Assembly (NCBI GenBank): GCA_951406725.2
Contig: OX597833.1
Location: forward strand, 40,052,001 to 40,116,000
Source: Octopus vulgaris
Taxonomy: Eukaryota
Length of the DNA stretch: 64,000 nucleotides
Reading direction: 5' to 3'
Shown here one piece after another: positions 25,163 to 39,196 of this stretch (positions are counted from its first letter, which is position 1; every line of letters starts with the position of its first letter). The notes beneath the pieces were generated by a model. It worked only from the letters and a program-made list of their open reading frames with translations, did not search any database and was not told where the DNA came from. Made by a program: the position numbers and the translations under genes.

Positions 25163-25454
25163 TCATCATCATCATCATCATCATCATCATCGTTTAACGT
25201 CCGTTCTCCATGCTAGCATGGGTTGGACGGTTCGACCGGGGATCTGGGAAGCCAGGAGGCTGCACCAGGCTCCGGTCTTATCTGGCAATGTTTCTACAGC
25301 TGGATGCCCTTCCTAACACCAACCACTCCGTGAGTGTAGTGGGTGCTTTTTACGTGCCACCTGCACTGGTGCCAGGCGAGGCTGGCATCGGCCACAGTCA
25401 GATTGGTGCATTTTATGTGCCACCTGCACGGAAGCCAGTCAAGGCGGCACTGGC
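25163..25454 (-). mobile_element. RTE 3'UTR copy, near-identical to 17820-18054
   Basis: CGTTTAACGTCCGTTCTCCATGCTAGCATGGGTTGGACGGTTCGACCGGGGATCTGGGAAGCC. Confidence 0.9.
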
Positions 25455-25984
25455 TAGATATATACATATCTATATATATATGATATATACTTATGTGTAT
25501 AGCTATGTGTGTGTCAATGTGTCATCAGAGTTTGTCCCCCTCCACTGCTTGACAACTAGTATTGGTGTATTTATGTCCCTGTAACATAGTGGTTCAGCAA
25601 AAGATACCAATAGAATAAGTGCCAAGCTTTGCAAAAACATAAGTACAGGGGTCAATAAGTTCAATTAAAATTCTTCAAGGCAGTGCCCCAGCATGGTCGT
25701 AGTCTATTGACTGAAACAATTAAAAGATAAAAGATAAATGTAAGTAGTTGGGCGAGTATTTCTCCAAATACTTGTAGTCTGCTAAAGCATCAAAGTATCA
25801 GGAGATGGTGTTAAACCAGACGATATAGTGTGTCTATATTCATATTGGCCACACCAAGATTTTGGTATCAAAGCACCATAAGCTTATACAAATACCCCAA
25901 GACAGTTCTATGCAAATATTCTAACACCTCTGCTAATCCAACCACCAAGACTCTACCACAAGATTCCATCCAAGTTGCCATATA

Positions 25985-26447
25985 ATGCCTTGCGTGTTTC
26001 AGTGACCCTGAGAGCTGTGCCAGTAGAACACAAGGTCATGGTAGGATTTTCTATGGTGGAAGGTCAAAGGTGAGAGGCAAGACTAATACAAGTTTCAAAT
26101 TTTGGCGCAAAGCCAGCAAATTCAGGGAAGGATACAAGTATTGATTATATCACCCCCAGTCCTCAACTGGTACTTATTTAATTAATCCTGAAGGGATGAA
26201 AAACAAAGTTAACTTCAGCAGAATTTGAACTCCAAATGCTAGCTACTAAGCATTTTGCCTGGTATACTAACAATTCTGCCAGCTCACCACCTTAGGCAAA
26301 ACCAATATAGACCACTTCTTGTCAGAGGTAAAAATGAATTTGTATAGAACCAACACCTCCGGAAAAGACAGTCCAGTGTTGAGAACAGTAGAGAAACAAG
26401 GTCATCAATGCCATATGCTTCATAAGGAGCAAAGGCTTAAGTAACTA
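25985..26447 (+). mobile_element. Putative non-autonomous RTE derivative (5'UTR joined to 3' end) interrupted by a SINE
   Basis: CTTGCGTGTTTCAGTGACCCTGAGAGCT...TGGTAGG...AGGTCAAAGGTGAGAGGCAAGACTAA resembles recalled RTE/Expander 5'UTRs. TGCCATATGCTTCATAAGGAGCAAAGGCTTAAGTAA resembles RTE 3' ends. Confidence 0.45.
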
Positions 26448-26879
26448 AGCCAGAAATCCACATGATACTAGCTCTGGTACTTTATTAACCACAGAAGGAC
26501 GAAGTTTAAAGTCGACCTCAGTGGATTTGAACACAAAATGTAATGGTAAAGTTATCTTCCTGAGTTTTACTGACACACAAGGACTAGTTTCTCTGTTTCC
26601 ATGGTATATAAATTCCCCACTGGGATAGGGTGCCAGTCCATCACAGGATTACTCACCTTTGCCAGCTGAGAGAATTGGAGCAATGTGAAATGAAGTGTCT
26701 TGCTCAAAGATACAATGCGTCAGTTGGTCCTTGAATCAAAACCACAATCTTACAATCATGAATCCAACACCCTAACCATTAAGTCACGTTCCTCCACTGA
26801 ACTCAAAATATAAGAAACTAAAATCGATACTGCAAGGAATTTTGCCCTATACTCTAAAGATTCTACAAATTCATCGTTG

Positions 26880-27430
26880 TTGTTCTTATTGTTGATGTTG
26901 TTGTGGCTCTTGTTGCTTCTGTTGTGACAGTTTGTTGTTATTATTGCAATTTGTTGTACATGTTGTTGCCAATGTTGTTGTTAATGGTGGTGGTAGTGGG
27001 GTGGGTGGGTGTAAGTAGATGGTCTGGTGGAAGGCATTGCTAAAGGTGGTGGTGGTGGTCGTTGTCGTGGTCGTCGTTGCCGTCACCATCGTTGTCATGG
27101 TCGTGGTCATGGTCGTCATGGTCGTCGTGGTCGTGGTAGTGGTGGTGGTGGTGGTGGCAGTGGTGGTTGTGGTCGTCGTCGTGACTGGAATGGGTGATGT
27201 TGCAGATGCTGCCAATATTAGTTTCCATTGCCCACTTTCATTGATCATTATCTTCCTACATCGTCACATTCATTATTATCATCATCGTAGGCATCATCAT
27301 TTTCATCATCATCATCATCACCATCACCACCATCTTCATCATCATCCTCACCACCATCACTGTCACCACCGTCATAGTCATTATCATCCCTATAATTCTC
27401 ATCATAATCACAGAAGTCATCATTTTCTTC
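26880..27430. repeat. Trinucleotide island: (GTT/GGT/GTC)n followed by (CAT/CAC)n
   Basis: Direct inspection of the sequence. Confidence 0.9.
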
Positions 27431-27539
27431 CACAGACTCTTGTGTGTCTTATAACTAACAATAGGATAAGGTCAAAAGATATACAAGGATATAGATAGAT
27501 AAATAGACTTTTTTCCTTCCGGTCTTTCAAAATGTGACC

Positions 27540-27811
<272 letters not shown>

Positions 27812-28228
27812 TACACACACATATATATACATATATAAATCATCATCATCATCATCGTTTAACGTCCGCTGTCCATGCTAGCATGGGTTGGACGGTTCAA
27901 CTGGGGTCTAGGAAGCCAGAAGGCTGCACCAGGCCCAGTCTGATCTGGCAGTGTTTCTACAGCTGGATGCCCTTACACATATACATATATATACATAATA
28001 TATATGCATATATATATATATGCAAATACATATGCTGTGAGTTTAAGTATGTGTGTGTATTTATGTGTGTGAGAGAAAGGAGTTCAGTATTTCATTTCTT
28101 AACATCCAAAGAGTTATTTAATTATGAATGAACAAGTAATAGTCGAAAGTGATAAATGAGAAACTACTATTACTGTTACTACTACAACTACTACTACTAT
28201 CACTGTTACTACTACTACAACTCCTAGA

Positions 28229-28268
<40 letters not shown>

Positions 28269-28337
28269 GTCAAGACGAAGAGCGCTCTTCGTCTTGACTG
28301 TTTATCTTTGTGAAGAGTTACGTCAATCCTTTTTAAA

Positions 28338-28392
<55 letters not shown>

Positions 28393-28394
<2 letters not shown>

Positions 28395-29183
28395 ACAGCA
28401 GTAGCCCAACATGTCGTGTATGTCGACAACAAAATGAAACCATTGATCATGTTGTCTCCAAATACAGTCTTCTAGCGCCTACATATATCTCAACAGGCAT
28501 GATAGAGCTGCACAATATATTCACTGGGTAATTTGCAAAAACCTGGATTTGCCCCATGAAAAAAACTGGTGGGAACAAAAACCACCTCCAGTGCTTGAAA
28601 ATGACCACATCTCACTCCTCTGGAACTTCACCATTCAAACTGACAGAAAGATAGATGCAAATAGGCCAGACATCATATTGAAAGACTTCAGACAAAAAAC
28701 ATGCCTCCTCATTGATATGACTGTCCCAATCAATATAAACGTATCTGTCAAGACCTACCAAAAACTGAGCAAATATAAAGATCTTGAAATAGAAATCAGA
28801 AAAATGTGGAACCTGAAAACTAAAACAATACCTGTTGTCATAGGTGCCCTGTGAATGATAGCAAAAGGGGCTGATTGCTACCTAACTCAGATACCAGGAA
28901 ACCCCAAAATGGCAAAAATTCAAAAGACAGTGCTCATGGAAACTGCTCATATCCTACGCAAAATACTTTCTATGTAATCTCAAGGTTTAAAACAAACATA
29001 ATTTTCATGTTTTTTTTCTGTCTTTTTTTTTTAGACATTCACTAGTACAACACTAAATACATAACCAAATATATAGCACACTAGGCATAACAACAACATG
29101 AACTTCCAACCTGTTGTCTCTTGAGGTTTCTGGGTGAGACTTGGAGCCAACTTGTACAAATATAAAGCAAAAGTCAAACATAG
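28393..29183 (+). mobile_element. 5'-truncated R4/Dong-like RLE-clade non-LTR retrotransposon inserted in (TAA)n
   Basis: Zinc-knuckle relic CRVC..ETIDHV, RHD motif, restriction-like endonuclease NRPDII..LIDMTVP..KLSKY and PVVIGAL. A frameshift and a stop are present. (TAA)n on both flanks. Confidence 0.85.
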
Positions 29184-29319
29184 AATAATAATAATAATGA
29201 TAATAATAATCACCATCATCTTCATTTCATTTATTTGTCACGAGGGCATAGATGAAGGGGGTCATCACAAGGATAGACAACCATTTGTTTGAGGAGAAAG
29301 AAATACAATAAAAGTATAT

Positions 29320-29920
29320 AGGCATGGCTGTGTGGTAAGGAGCTTGCTTCCTAACAATATGGTTCCAAGTTCAACCCACTGTGTGGTACCTTGGGCAAGT
29401 GTCTTCTACTATATTCTCAGGCTGTCCAAAGCGTTGTGAGTGGATTTGCTGGATGGAAACTGAAAGAAGCCTGTCGTATATACAGGGTGCAGTGAATAAA
29501 CTGTCCTCTAAAGTATGCAAAAATAAAAATAACACTGACATGGTCCAACAGTGTGGTACCTTAGGCAAAATGTCTTCTACCATAGCCTTGGACCCACCAA
29601 AGCTTTGTGAGTGGATTGGGTAGATAGAAACTGAAAGAAGCCTGTCATATGTGTGTGTGTGTGTGTGTGTGTGTTTGTGTATGTGTGTGTATATGTGTGT
29701 GTGTGTATGTATGTATATATCTGTGTTTTTCCTCCCACCATCACTTGACAACCGATGTTGCTCTGTTTATGTCCCCTGTAACTTAACAGTTTGACAAAAG
29801 AGTCCAATAGAATAAGTACTAGGCTTACAAAGAATAACTCCTGAGGTTGATTTCTAAGACTAAAGGCAGTGCTCCAGCGTAGCCCCAGTCAAATGACTGA
29901 AATAAATAAAAAAAAATAAA
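29320..29920 (+). mobile_element. Two adjacent SINE-A copies with an intervening DD37D TIR end
   Basis: SINE-A head at 29320 and a second body from about 29545. CAGGGTGCAGTGAATAAACTGTC lies at 29483. Confidence 0.7.
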
Positions 29921-30103
29921 GAACAAAAGAATATGTAAATATGTATATGTATGGGGCTTGTCTTCATGATGACTGTTATATAAATAAATACAGATAGATG
30001 AATATACATATATATATATATATAAAAATAAAAATTGTATACATATATCATATATATATGTATCTATATGTATATATATATATTATATATACGTATATGA
30101 ATG

Positions 30104-30446
30104 AAGGCGCAATGGCCCAGTGGTTGGGTAGTGGACTCGCAGTCATAGGATCGGGATTTCAATTCCCAGACTGGACGTTGTGAGTGTTTATACGAGGCTC
30201 TGGAAGAGGCTAGTGGCGAATCCTGCTGTGCTCTTTCACCACAACTTTCTCTCACTCTTTCTTCCTGTTTCTATTATACCTGTATTTCAAAAGGGCAGCC
30301 TTGTCACACTGAGTCTCTCAGAGACCTACGTTAAGGGTACACGTGCCTGTGGAGTACTCAGCCACTTGCACGTTAATTTCATGAGCAGACTGCTCTGTTG
30401 ATTGGATCAACTGGAACCCTCGTCATCATAACTGACAGAGTGCCTT
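30104..30446 (+). mobile_element. tRNA-derived SINE family C
   Basis: A-box-like TGGCCCAGTGG and B-box-like GATTTCAATTCC. The 3' part (GTTAAGGGTACACGTG..CAGCCACTTGCAC) is shared with 23050-23100 and 23570-23670. Related heads at 33173(+), 26800(-) and 47055(-). Confidence 0.65.
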
Positions 30447-31192
30447 GATAAATATATGTATATATGTATATATATGTCTGTATGTATGTGTATGTATGTA
30501 TATATGTATATATATATGTCTGTACGTATGTGCAAGTATGTATGTATGTATGGGCACATATGTATATATGTTTGCATGTTTGTGCATGTATATATGTATA
30601 TATATGTGTCTGTATATATGTGCTTGTATCTATATATGTATATATATGTCTGTATATATGTGCTTGTATCTATATATGTATATATATGTCTGTATATATG
30701 TGCATGTATGTATGTATGTATGTATATATATATATATATATATGTTTGCATGTATATGCATGTATTTATATATGTATATATATGTTTGCATGTATGTGCA
30801 TGTATATATATATATGTCGGTTTAGATGTATGTATGCCTGTGCATGTATGTATGTAAATATAGTATATATTTCTTATATATGTGTCTGTGTGAATGCATG
30901 TTTGTTTATATTTACATACACACAAACACATGCATATATATATATATTACATACATGCAAACACGTGTGTGCATATACACACACACACATCTTTGATATT
31001 CAAACACTTCTTTAATTATTGTTTTATCTAGTCATTTTCAACTTTTTTTTATTCAATTCTTTATACTTTATATTTTCTGCTTTTAATACATTTTGCTTTT
31101 GTGTTGTGTTTCTTTTCAATATCATTTTGATGTTATCATCATCATCATTATTATCATTATCATCATCATCATCACCATTATCATTATTATTA

Positions 31193-31239
<47 letters not shown>

Positions 31240-32205
31240 ATACTATTTTTGTGTATTATCTTTACGCATTATTTTTCTAACATTCAATTTCCTGTGTGGT
31301 GAGTGATGGATGTGAAAGTAGGAAATTAGAATGACAATAGCCTGGCAGCCTGTGTACCAAAAGAACTGATCCAAAACACATACGCACATACACACATACA
31401 TACACACATGCACACACACAAGGCAAAAAACTGACACAAGGCAAACACACACACACACACACAGACTCAGCTTCCATCCATCCTTTCTCTCTCTGTCTCT
31501 TCCTCTCTCTCTCTCTCTAATATTACCTCTTCCCCTGCCATACACACTCCATCACCACCCAGCACCACAAAAACCTCCAATATTTAAAGAATCCTTCAAA
31601 ACAAATAAATAAACTAATATGGATGTGGTTGTGTGAGGTGAGGTGAGTTGAGGTTGGAGGTGATGTTGGGGAGGTGGCTTGCTATTAGGGTGGACGTGGG
31701 GAGGGCAGGAGTCCTTTGTTGTTGTTCTTAGATTTCTTTGATCTATTTTTCTTTTTCTCTTTACTCTCGTTTTGTTAAATTTTTTGTTTCATTTTTTTAT
31801 AACTTTGTTGTTTTGTTTGTTTTATTGGTGATGGCAGTATATTATCCACACAGCTTGATGATGATAATAACGATGATGATGACGTCAATGATTATGATGA
31901 TGATGATGACAACAACAGCAGCATTGACAATGATAACAACAACAATAATGAGCCTAATCACCATCCTAATTATGATCTTGATTATGATGGCAATTCTTCT
32001 ACGGCCTCTTGTTTAGTCAATCAAAACATTTCATCCATATTACAATCAGAGATCATCTTGTTCTCATACATTAGGGAAACATAAAACCTGTGATTTACAT
32101 TTTTAAAGGTTGTAAAGTGTTTAGGAAAGCTTGACTAATAAACTTGGAATTGGCAAAGTTTTCCGAACAGAGGACAAAATACTGTGACATTTATTCCAGC
32201 TTTAA

Positions 32206-32425
32206 CCCTTTCGTTACCAACCCGGCTGAAACTGGCTCTGGCTCTGAGTACAAATATCTTGTTTTCATAAGTTTTGAATTAAAATCTTCCACCAAACCTT
32301 AGTCACAATTTATGTTCCTAACACTAGCTGAATGATAACTAAGTTATTTTACTAAATTCTTTGTTCTATTTAAAGTAATTGAAAGAAACACAGAGCATCT
32401 CAAAATTAATATAGTAACAAAAGGG
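32206..32425. mobile_element. piggyBac-like MITE with TTAA target duplication
   Basis: TTAA|CCCTTTCGTTAC...GTAACAAAAGGG|TTAA. Confidence 0.85.
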
Positions 32426-32649
32426 TTAAGGTGGAAAGCTGGTGCACCAGGCAAAACACTTCACGGCATTTCATCCATCTTCGTGTTCTGAGTTCAAATT
32501 CTTCTGTGATTGATTCTACCTTTCATCCTTTCCAGGTCAATAGAATAAGTACCAGTTGAACACTGGGGTTGATCTAAGTAACTTACACACTCCCTTGAAG
32601 TTGCTGGTCTTGTGTCAAAATTTGAAATCATGATCATTACCTGTGTAGC

Positions 32650-32975
32650 CTTACCGGCTGGTGGCATGTGAAAAAACATTCAAGCGAGGTCATTGCCAGT
32701 GCCGCTGGACTGGCTTCCGTGCAGGTGGCACATAAAAAGCACCATTTGAGCGTGGCCGTTGCCAGTACCACCTGACTGGCCCTCGTGCCGGTGGCATGTA
32801 AAAGCACCCACTATACTCTTGGAGTGGTTGGCATTAGGAAGGGCATCCAGCTCAAGAAACTCTGCAAAATCAGATTGGAGCCTGGTGCAACCATCTGGTT
32901 CACCAGACTTCAGTCAAATCGTCCAACTCATGCTAGCATGGAAAGCGGACATCAAACGATGATGATGATGATGAT
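32650..32975 (+). mobile_element. RTE 3'UTR copy with (GAT)n tail
   Basis: GGAGTGGTTGGCATTAGGAAGGGCATCCAGC...CATGCTAGCATGGAAAGCGGACATCAAACGATGATG. Confidence 0.85.
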
Positions 32976-33429
32976 ATTTATTCTAACTCTCTACAATCTG
33001 AGTTCAAGTCTTAAAGTCAATTTTCCTTTCATTTTTGGGGCGGGTTCATAAAATAAATACAAATTCAGAGTTGTGAAATTGGTAGAATTATTAACAATCT
33101 CAGCAAGAAGCCTTGCAATATTTGATCCAGTTCTTTGTATTCTGAATTCTTTGGTGTCTTTAGTAGAGTTGTGGAGGCACGTGGCTTAATGGTTAGGGTG
33201 TTGGACTCATGATTGTAAGAGTGTGGTTTTGATTCCTGAACCGGGTGACACATTGTGTTCTTGAGCAAAACACTTCATTTCACATTGCTCCAGTCCACTC
33301 AGCTGGCAAAATTGAGCAATCCTGCAATGGACCAGCATCCCATCCAAGTGGGGTATTTATACACCATGGCAATCAGGAAACTGGCCCTTATGAGTCGACA
33401 TGGCTCAAGCAGGTAACCTTTACCATTTT

Positions 33430-33653
33430 TTTTAGAAGCGTTGACGCTATGAATTCTCATGCATATAGTTGCATGTCTAGACATGCTCATATATACTTAA
33501 ATGATAAAATTCTGGAAAGTTTTACAGATTTTTACAGTTCTAGTGATGGTTTGGATCTGTTGTCTTTGAATCAGCTTTCTCCTTTCTGGTTTTGAGAAGC
33601 CTAATTTCTCAAGATTGGTATTTAGGCAGTGTGTTACATATCCCAGTGCATCA

Positions 33654-33655
<2 letters not shown>
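33430..33655 (-). mobile_element. 3' end of a second RLE-clade non-LTR element, with its 5' junction in (TACA)n
   Basis: IDALGYVTHCLNTNLEKLGF...IQTITRTVKICKTF* resembles the IGALG C-terminal segment of R4/NeSL-like ORFs. Confidence 0.5.
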
Positions 33656-33684
<29 letters not shown>

Positions 33685-33753
33685 TCAATGTATGTATGTG
33701 CAAATTTATGTTTTTTGTATGTATGTATGTTTGTATGTATGTATGTGTGCATG

Positions 33754-33786
<33 letters not shown>

Positions 33787-34020
33787 GTATATATGTATGT
33801 GTGTATGTATGTGTGTATGTATGTATGTGTGTATGTTTGTATGTATGTCTCTTCTCCTTTTTAATTATTAGAAATCTTTCACTAAGGAGAGAGCTAATTT
33901 CCAACAAAGATACAAGGTTCCATCTTTGGGATGTAGTTAACACAGACAAATTCACATTTGGAACTTGAGAAAAGTCTTGCATATTTTAACTGTTCCACTC
34001 ACAGATTGCACTTATGTATG

Positions 34021-34054
<34 letters not shown>

Positions 34055-35389
34055 TGTGTGTGTGTGTGTATGTGAGTACACTTATGTGGTCACTTGTGAG
34101 GTCTCTCACAAGTGCTACTGGTAACACGGAATCCAATATTACATGACTGGATTGTCAGTGACTAAACAGGGACCCCCATCGGGCTAGTTGGTGAGGAGAG
34201 CTGCTAGAAACCCTCACAAGACTAAAAACATGACCTGTCAAAAGAATAGATGAACCCATTGTCGGTTCAATGAGTATCAAGCAATAGCACAGGCACTCGG
34301 AAATTCCAGGTTGGAGTCCAATGCTGAGAGACAAATGGGAGCGAGGCATACTTCAGCTTTTGTTGAGACATGTCTCTAAGAAAATATTTTCTCTGATATA
34401 AAACCAGATATGCAGGGAATGGCACAAGACGTTTTGGGGATCTTTTGCTTGTGTTTGAGATAAAGGTGCTCCCACATTCATCAGCCTGTGTCCCATAAGG
34501 GCACCAGATATCTTGCCACATATTTTGACATGTATCTGGATCATGTCAAAAAGGGTGGAAGGGTTATTGAGGTGTTATGCAAGCTTTATTGGACCTACAA
34601 GTTTGCACAGTTTTTGCTGACTAGCTTGCATGGACATTGATGCTTAATTTTATCGTTACACTAATACATATGTACATACATACATACATACATGCATATA
34701 GGCATGCACACATACAAGTACACACATACATACATACATACATACTCGCATACATACATACATACATACATACATACATACATACATGAATACATACATA
34801 CATACACACATACATGCATACATACATACATGCATACATACATACATACATACATACATACATACATACATACATGTATACATACACACATACATGCATA
34901 CATACATACTCACATACATGCATACATATATATCATGAACTAACTGTTACTTTCTCAGATGCAGCATGGAATTTTGTCAGTGAACAGGTCATGGTCTCAA
35001 AGCGACAAAAATATTTTGACAAATTAAATTTAACTTATATTTTAATTTTACATCTTTGCTTTTGTTGGTATTTTTCTATTTCAAATCCTGCAGCAATGGT
35101 AAAGTAGTGAAGCATGCAGAGCTGATAGGTTGGAAGCGTGTAATCAGTGACCAGCACATACATGGCTCATGTTAGATATAAAGTCATCTCTTTATTGTCC
35201 AAGAGAGTGATGGGATTTAGTTGCTGTATTGATACCTGAACACCTCCATTTGGGAAGGGCACTACTCACCCAGAGAAAATGTAAATTAAAAATCACCTGT
35301 TTTCTTTTGCTTGTTTTTTGTCTGATCGGTTTAGCATAACTGATGGATATTCACCTTACACTCAGGAAACAAAGAAAATATCTATAAAG

Positions 35390-35670
35390 TCTGGATGGAA
35401 TATAAGTATTTCATGTTGGAATGCACATACTTTATGAGATAAGAAGAGTGAATGTAGATCTGAAAGATTTGCAGCTCTTGTTGTTCTTGAAATAAACAGA
35501 TATGTCATAGATAGAGCTGGTCTTTCAAAGGCTCCTTTGGAAAATGATAGCCAGCTTCTGGAAGTTGGAGGTAGCTATGCATTTGTCTGGAAGGGGAAAA
35601 AAATGAGTGCAGTGAGTCTGGTATTGGTCTTGTAGTCCAATCTGAAATACTCATGACTCATGAATTGAAC
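35390..35670 (+). mobile_element. Degenerate AP-endonuclease N-terminus of an RTE-BovB-like LINE
   Basis: ISCWNAHTL*...RSERFAALVVLEINRYVIDRAGLSKAPL...QLLEVGGSYAFVWKG matches the WNVRTL..RPERRTALV..L.RY.IDIAALSETRL..GYTFFW.G pattern. Confidence 0.75.
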
Positions 35671-36339
35671 TTATTGAAGAAATTTTATTATATGTATGTA
35701 TTTGTGTTTGTCCTCCCACCATCCCTTGACAACCGGTGCTGGTGTGTTTATGTACCCATAACTTAGCAGTTCAGCAAAAGGTTTTTGATAAAATAAGTAC
35801 TAGGCTTACAAAGAATAAGTCCTGGGGTTGATTTCTTCGACTAAAACCCTTTAAGGCAGTGCTCCAGCATGGTTACAGTCAAATGACTGAAACATGTAAA
35901 AGAATATAAAAGCTTGCCTCTCAGCTCTTGGTAGTTCTAATATAAAGACCTTAGGACATTTGTTACAGAGATTTCCGTAATGAACTGATCAGGCTTAATA
36001 TCTAACTAATGTTTATAGCAGTTGATATCTTATTTCTGGTTTGTTCATTTTTTTGTGGGGTGGGGGCTGTTTTTTTTTTTTCTTTCTCTGTGCATATTGT
36101 CCTCTTATATTTCAGGACATAAACTTGACATAGAACTATTCCTTGGGCCTGATAATGAAATCATCTATGAAAATATTGATAAAGCAACCAACTAAAAACT
36201 ATAAAAGCCACACTACTTTTTTTTTTTTAATTTCAGAGTTCCAAGTATAACAATGCTAAAAGGCTTTCAAAAAAATTTCCGACACCAGACTATCTTTGGT
36301 TTGTTTATAAATATTATTTGTAAATCTATGCCATATATA

Positions 36340-36750
36340 TTACTCTTTTACTCTTTTACTTGTTTCAGACATTTGACTGTGGCCATGCTGGAGCACCGCC
36401 TTTAATCGAGCAAATCGACCCCTGGACTTATTCTTTGAAAGCCTAGTACTTATTCTATTGGTCTCTTTTGCTGAACCACTATGTTACGGGGACGTAAACA
36501 CACCAGCATCTGTTGTCAAGTGATGTTGGGGTGACAAACACAGACACACAAACACACACACATATATATATACATATACATATATACGACGGGCTTCTTT
36601 CAGTTTCTGTCTACCAAATCCACTCACATGGCTTTGGTTAGCACTAGGCTATAGTAGAAGACACTTGCCCAATGTGCCATGCAGTGGGACTGAACCCAGA
36701 ACTATGTGGTTGGTAAGCAAGCTACTTACCACACAGCCACTCCTATGCCA
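36340..36750 (-). mobile_element. Full-length SINE family A copy
   Basis: Reverse complement of the 23115 and 40182 copies, with a (TACTCTTT)n tail. Confidence 0.85.
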
Positions 36751-38258
36751 ATGATAAAGAAATTGTAAAAAAATGTTTAGAATTTTTCTATTTTTGCTTT
36801 AAAGCCATTTCAGAAACATTCTGTTCCATTGCTTTCTTTATTTAGGTTTCGTTGAGAGGCAACTGTCTAATTTACACCAGTGAGAGTAATCCATTTTGTG
36901 GATGTAAATAGACACAAATGTATATATAATTAATGTTGTAACAACAGTATGATTAATTCAATCTATATCCAGAAATATACAAGGATAAATGTATAATTAA
37001 TATTAACAGTAAAATCCAGAACACAAAGGAATTGGTGATGGACTCCTGTATCAGAAAACATAGCAATCAATACTACATTTGGGAGAGTGTGTTGGGCATT
37101 AGCTGTAATTTGCTTGTTGTAAGGGGTGAAAGGAAAAGAAACTGGTATTTTTGTCAGTGCCATTCAATGGCATATATCATCTTCATCCTCATCACCACCA
37201 TCACCGTTTAATGTCCCTTTTTCCATGCTGGCATGTGTTGGATGGTTTGGGAGACACCAACGAGCCAGAGGGCTACACCAAACACCAGCGTCTACTTAGT
37301 TATGGTTTCTACAGCTGGATGCCCTTCCTAATGCCACCCACTTCACAGAGTGTACCGGGTGTCTTTTTTTTTTCATGGCACTAGCACTAGTGAGGCCACT
37401 GGGTGCTTTCAAGATAAGTCCCTTTAACTATGTCAGGTACAGTATAGAAGGAGATGAATGTATGATAGAGAAGCAGGAACAGGGGTCTTGCTGAAGAGGT
37501 GAATACATGGCTTTCTCAGCTTAAAAGAGAAAAAGCATGCCTTCAAAGACATCTTTGATAAATATTCTTTCTACTTTAGACACAAGACTGAAATTTGGTG
37601 GGAGGGGACTACTTGATTATATTGACCCCAGTGCTTGACTGATACTTATTTTATTGACCCCAAGAGGAGGAAAGGCAAAGTCAACCTTGGTGGTATTTGA
37701 ACTAAGAACATAAAGATGGACAAAATGCCACTAAGCATTTTGCCCAGGGTGCTAACAATTCTGCCAGCTTGCTGCCTTATCTTTGATAAATATTAAATTT
37801 CATGAATAGTAAACTCACTGACATTTGTGAAATAAATTAACCAATCAAATATCACAAATACAAGAAGGAAATCTTTGACAGACAAAAAAATGGACCATCC
37901 AAAAATTGAAGTACATACATCATCAAAGTATTAGCCAACAGCAACTTGTTAAATTTCCCAAGAGTATTTAACAAGTCAAGGTTGTCTGGATCTAATATTA
38001 GTCTATTCTAAAGTGACCGGTTTAAACAAAGAAATGAAAAGCAACCTAGTGTAAACTCAAACAGTTGGTTTACTTTCATCAAATATGAAGAACATACACA
38101 AAGCATTTGTGATAAACACCTACTAGAAACTTAGTCCAGACAAATATATTTTAGCCCCTAGAAACTCTTTATAACACTAATTTTGAAAATCATGAAATTA
38201 TGAAACCAGTAAAATAACTGTAAATAGATTTTCTTAAAGGGCATTTTCAACTTCTTAT

Positions 38259-38296
<38 letters not shown>

Positions 38297-38359
38297 CAGA
38301 ATGCAGAATGAGATAAAAACTCCAAGGTTGTGAATAGTTTTCAGAACATTTATAAAGAG

Positions 38360-38407
38360 GTCTTACAGCTGTTTCCAGGATATTTTATATATCCCTCCAT
38401 CAGAGAC
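38360..38407 (-). ncRNA. Minimal type-I hammerhead ribozyme fold (Penelope-type) with A9>G
   Basis: GTCT CTGATGG AG GGATAT ATAAA ATATCC TG GAA ACAGCTGT A AGAC. Stem I is GTCT/AGAC, stem III is the palindrome ACAGCTGT and the triplet is GUA. Confidence 0.65.
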
Positions 38408-38685
38408 AGTAAGAGAAAATGTTTAAGTAATAATTATTGTAGAGAAGATATGAAATACAGAGGGATGTGAAGGAAGGAAAATATATAAATTAGGGAACAC
38501 AGTAGATAGATTAGGGAGTGGAGCAGATAAAATTCAGGCTACTTATGTTTTATAGCTACCAGAACCTCAGAAGTAGTAAATTATCCAACAAGGTCTAGAC
38601 CACTAGCCAAGGATATCGTGATTATATGAAGTTTACATTGTCATTAGGAGATCCTGTGTTAATTTGTTGGGTTTGATCAAAACTA

Positions 38686-38737
<52 letters not shown>

Positions 38738-38831
38738 ATATATATAATTATAATAATAATAATAATAATATTAGGGAGTAAATCCAAACTTACAGGGAAA
38801 AATTAGATTTAGGATTAAATCTAATTTTGCA

Positions 38832-38883
<52 letters not shown>

Positions 38884-39045
38884 TTAGAGATAAAACCACT
38901 ATTAGGCAAATCAAACAGTGAAATATATATAAAGCACAATTTATTCATGATCAGAGGTGTTCATAAACTGGGGTACTACTGTATTAAATGGATATGAGAA
39001 AGACAGGAGATAAAGTACAATTATTCATGATCAGAGCTGTTCCAC

Positions 39046-39093
<48 letters not shown>

Positions 39094-39196
39094 ATCCAAA
39101 CAAGAAAACACAGAAAAAAAACACAGCAACGCAAGGACGTGGAACAATTAAAGTATTATTGGACACTCAGGAAAGGTATATATATATATATATATA

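Noticed and set aside
36070-36905. Strong plus-strand splice-acceptor-like sites (near 36115, 36237 and 36845)
   Set aside because: The following frames stop quickly or lack good donors, and such sites are common in AT-rich DNA.
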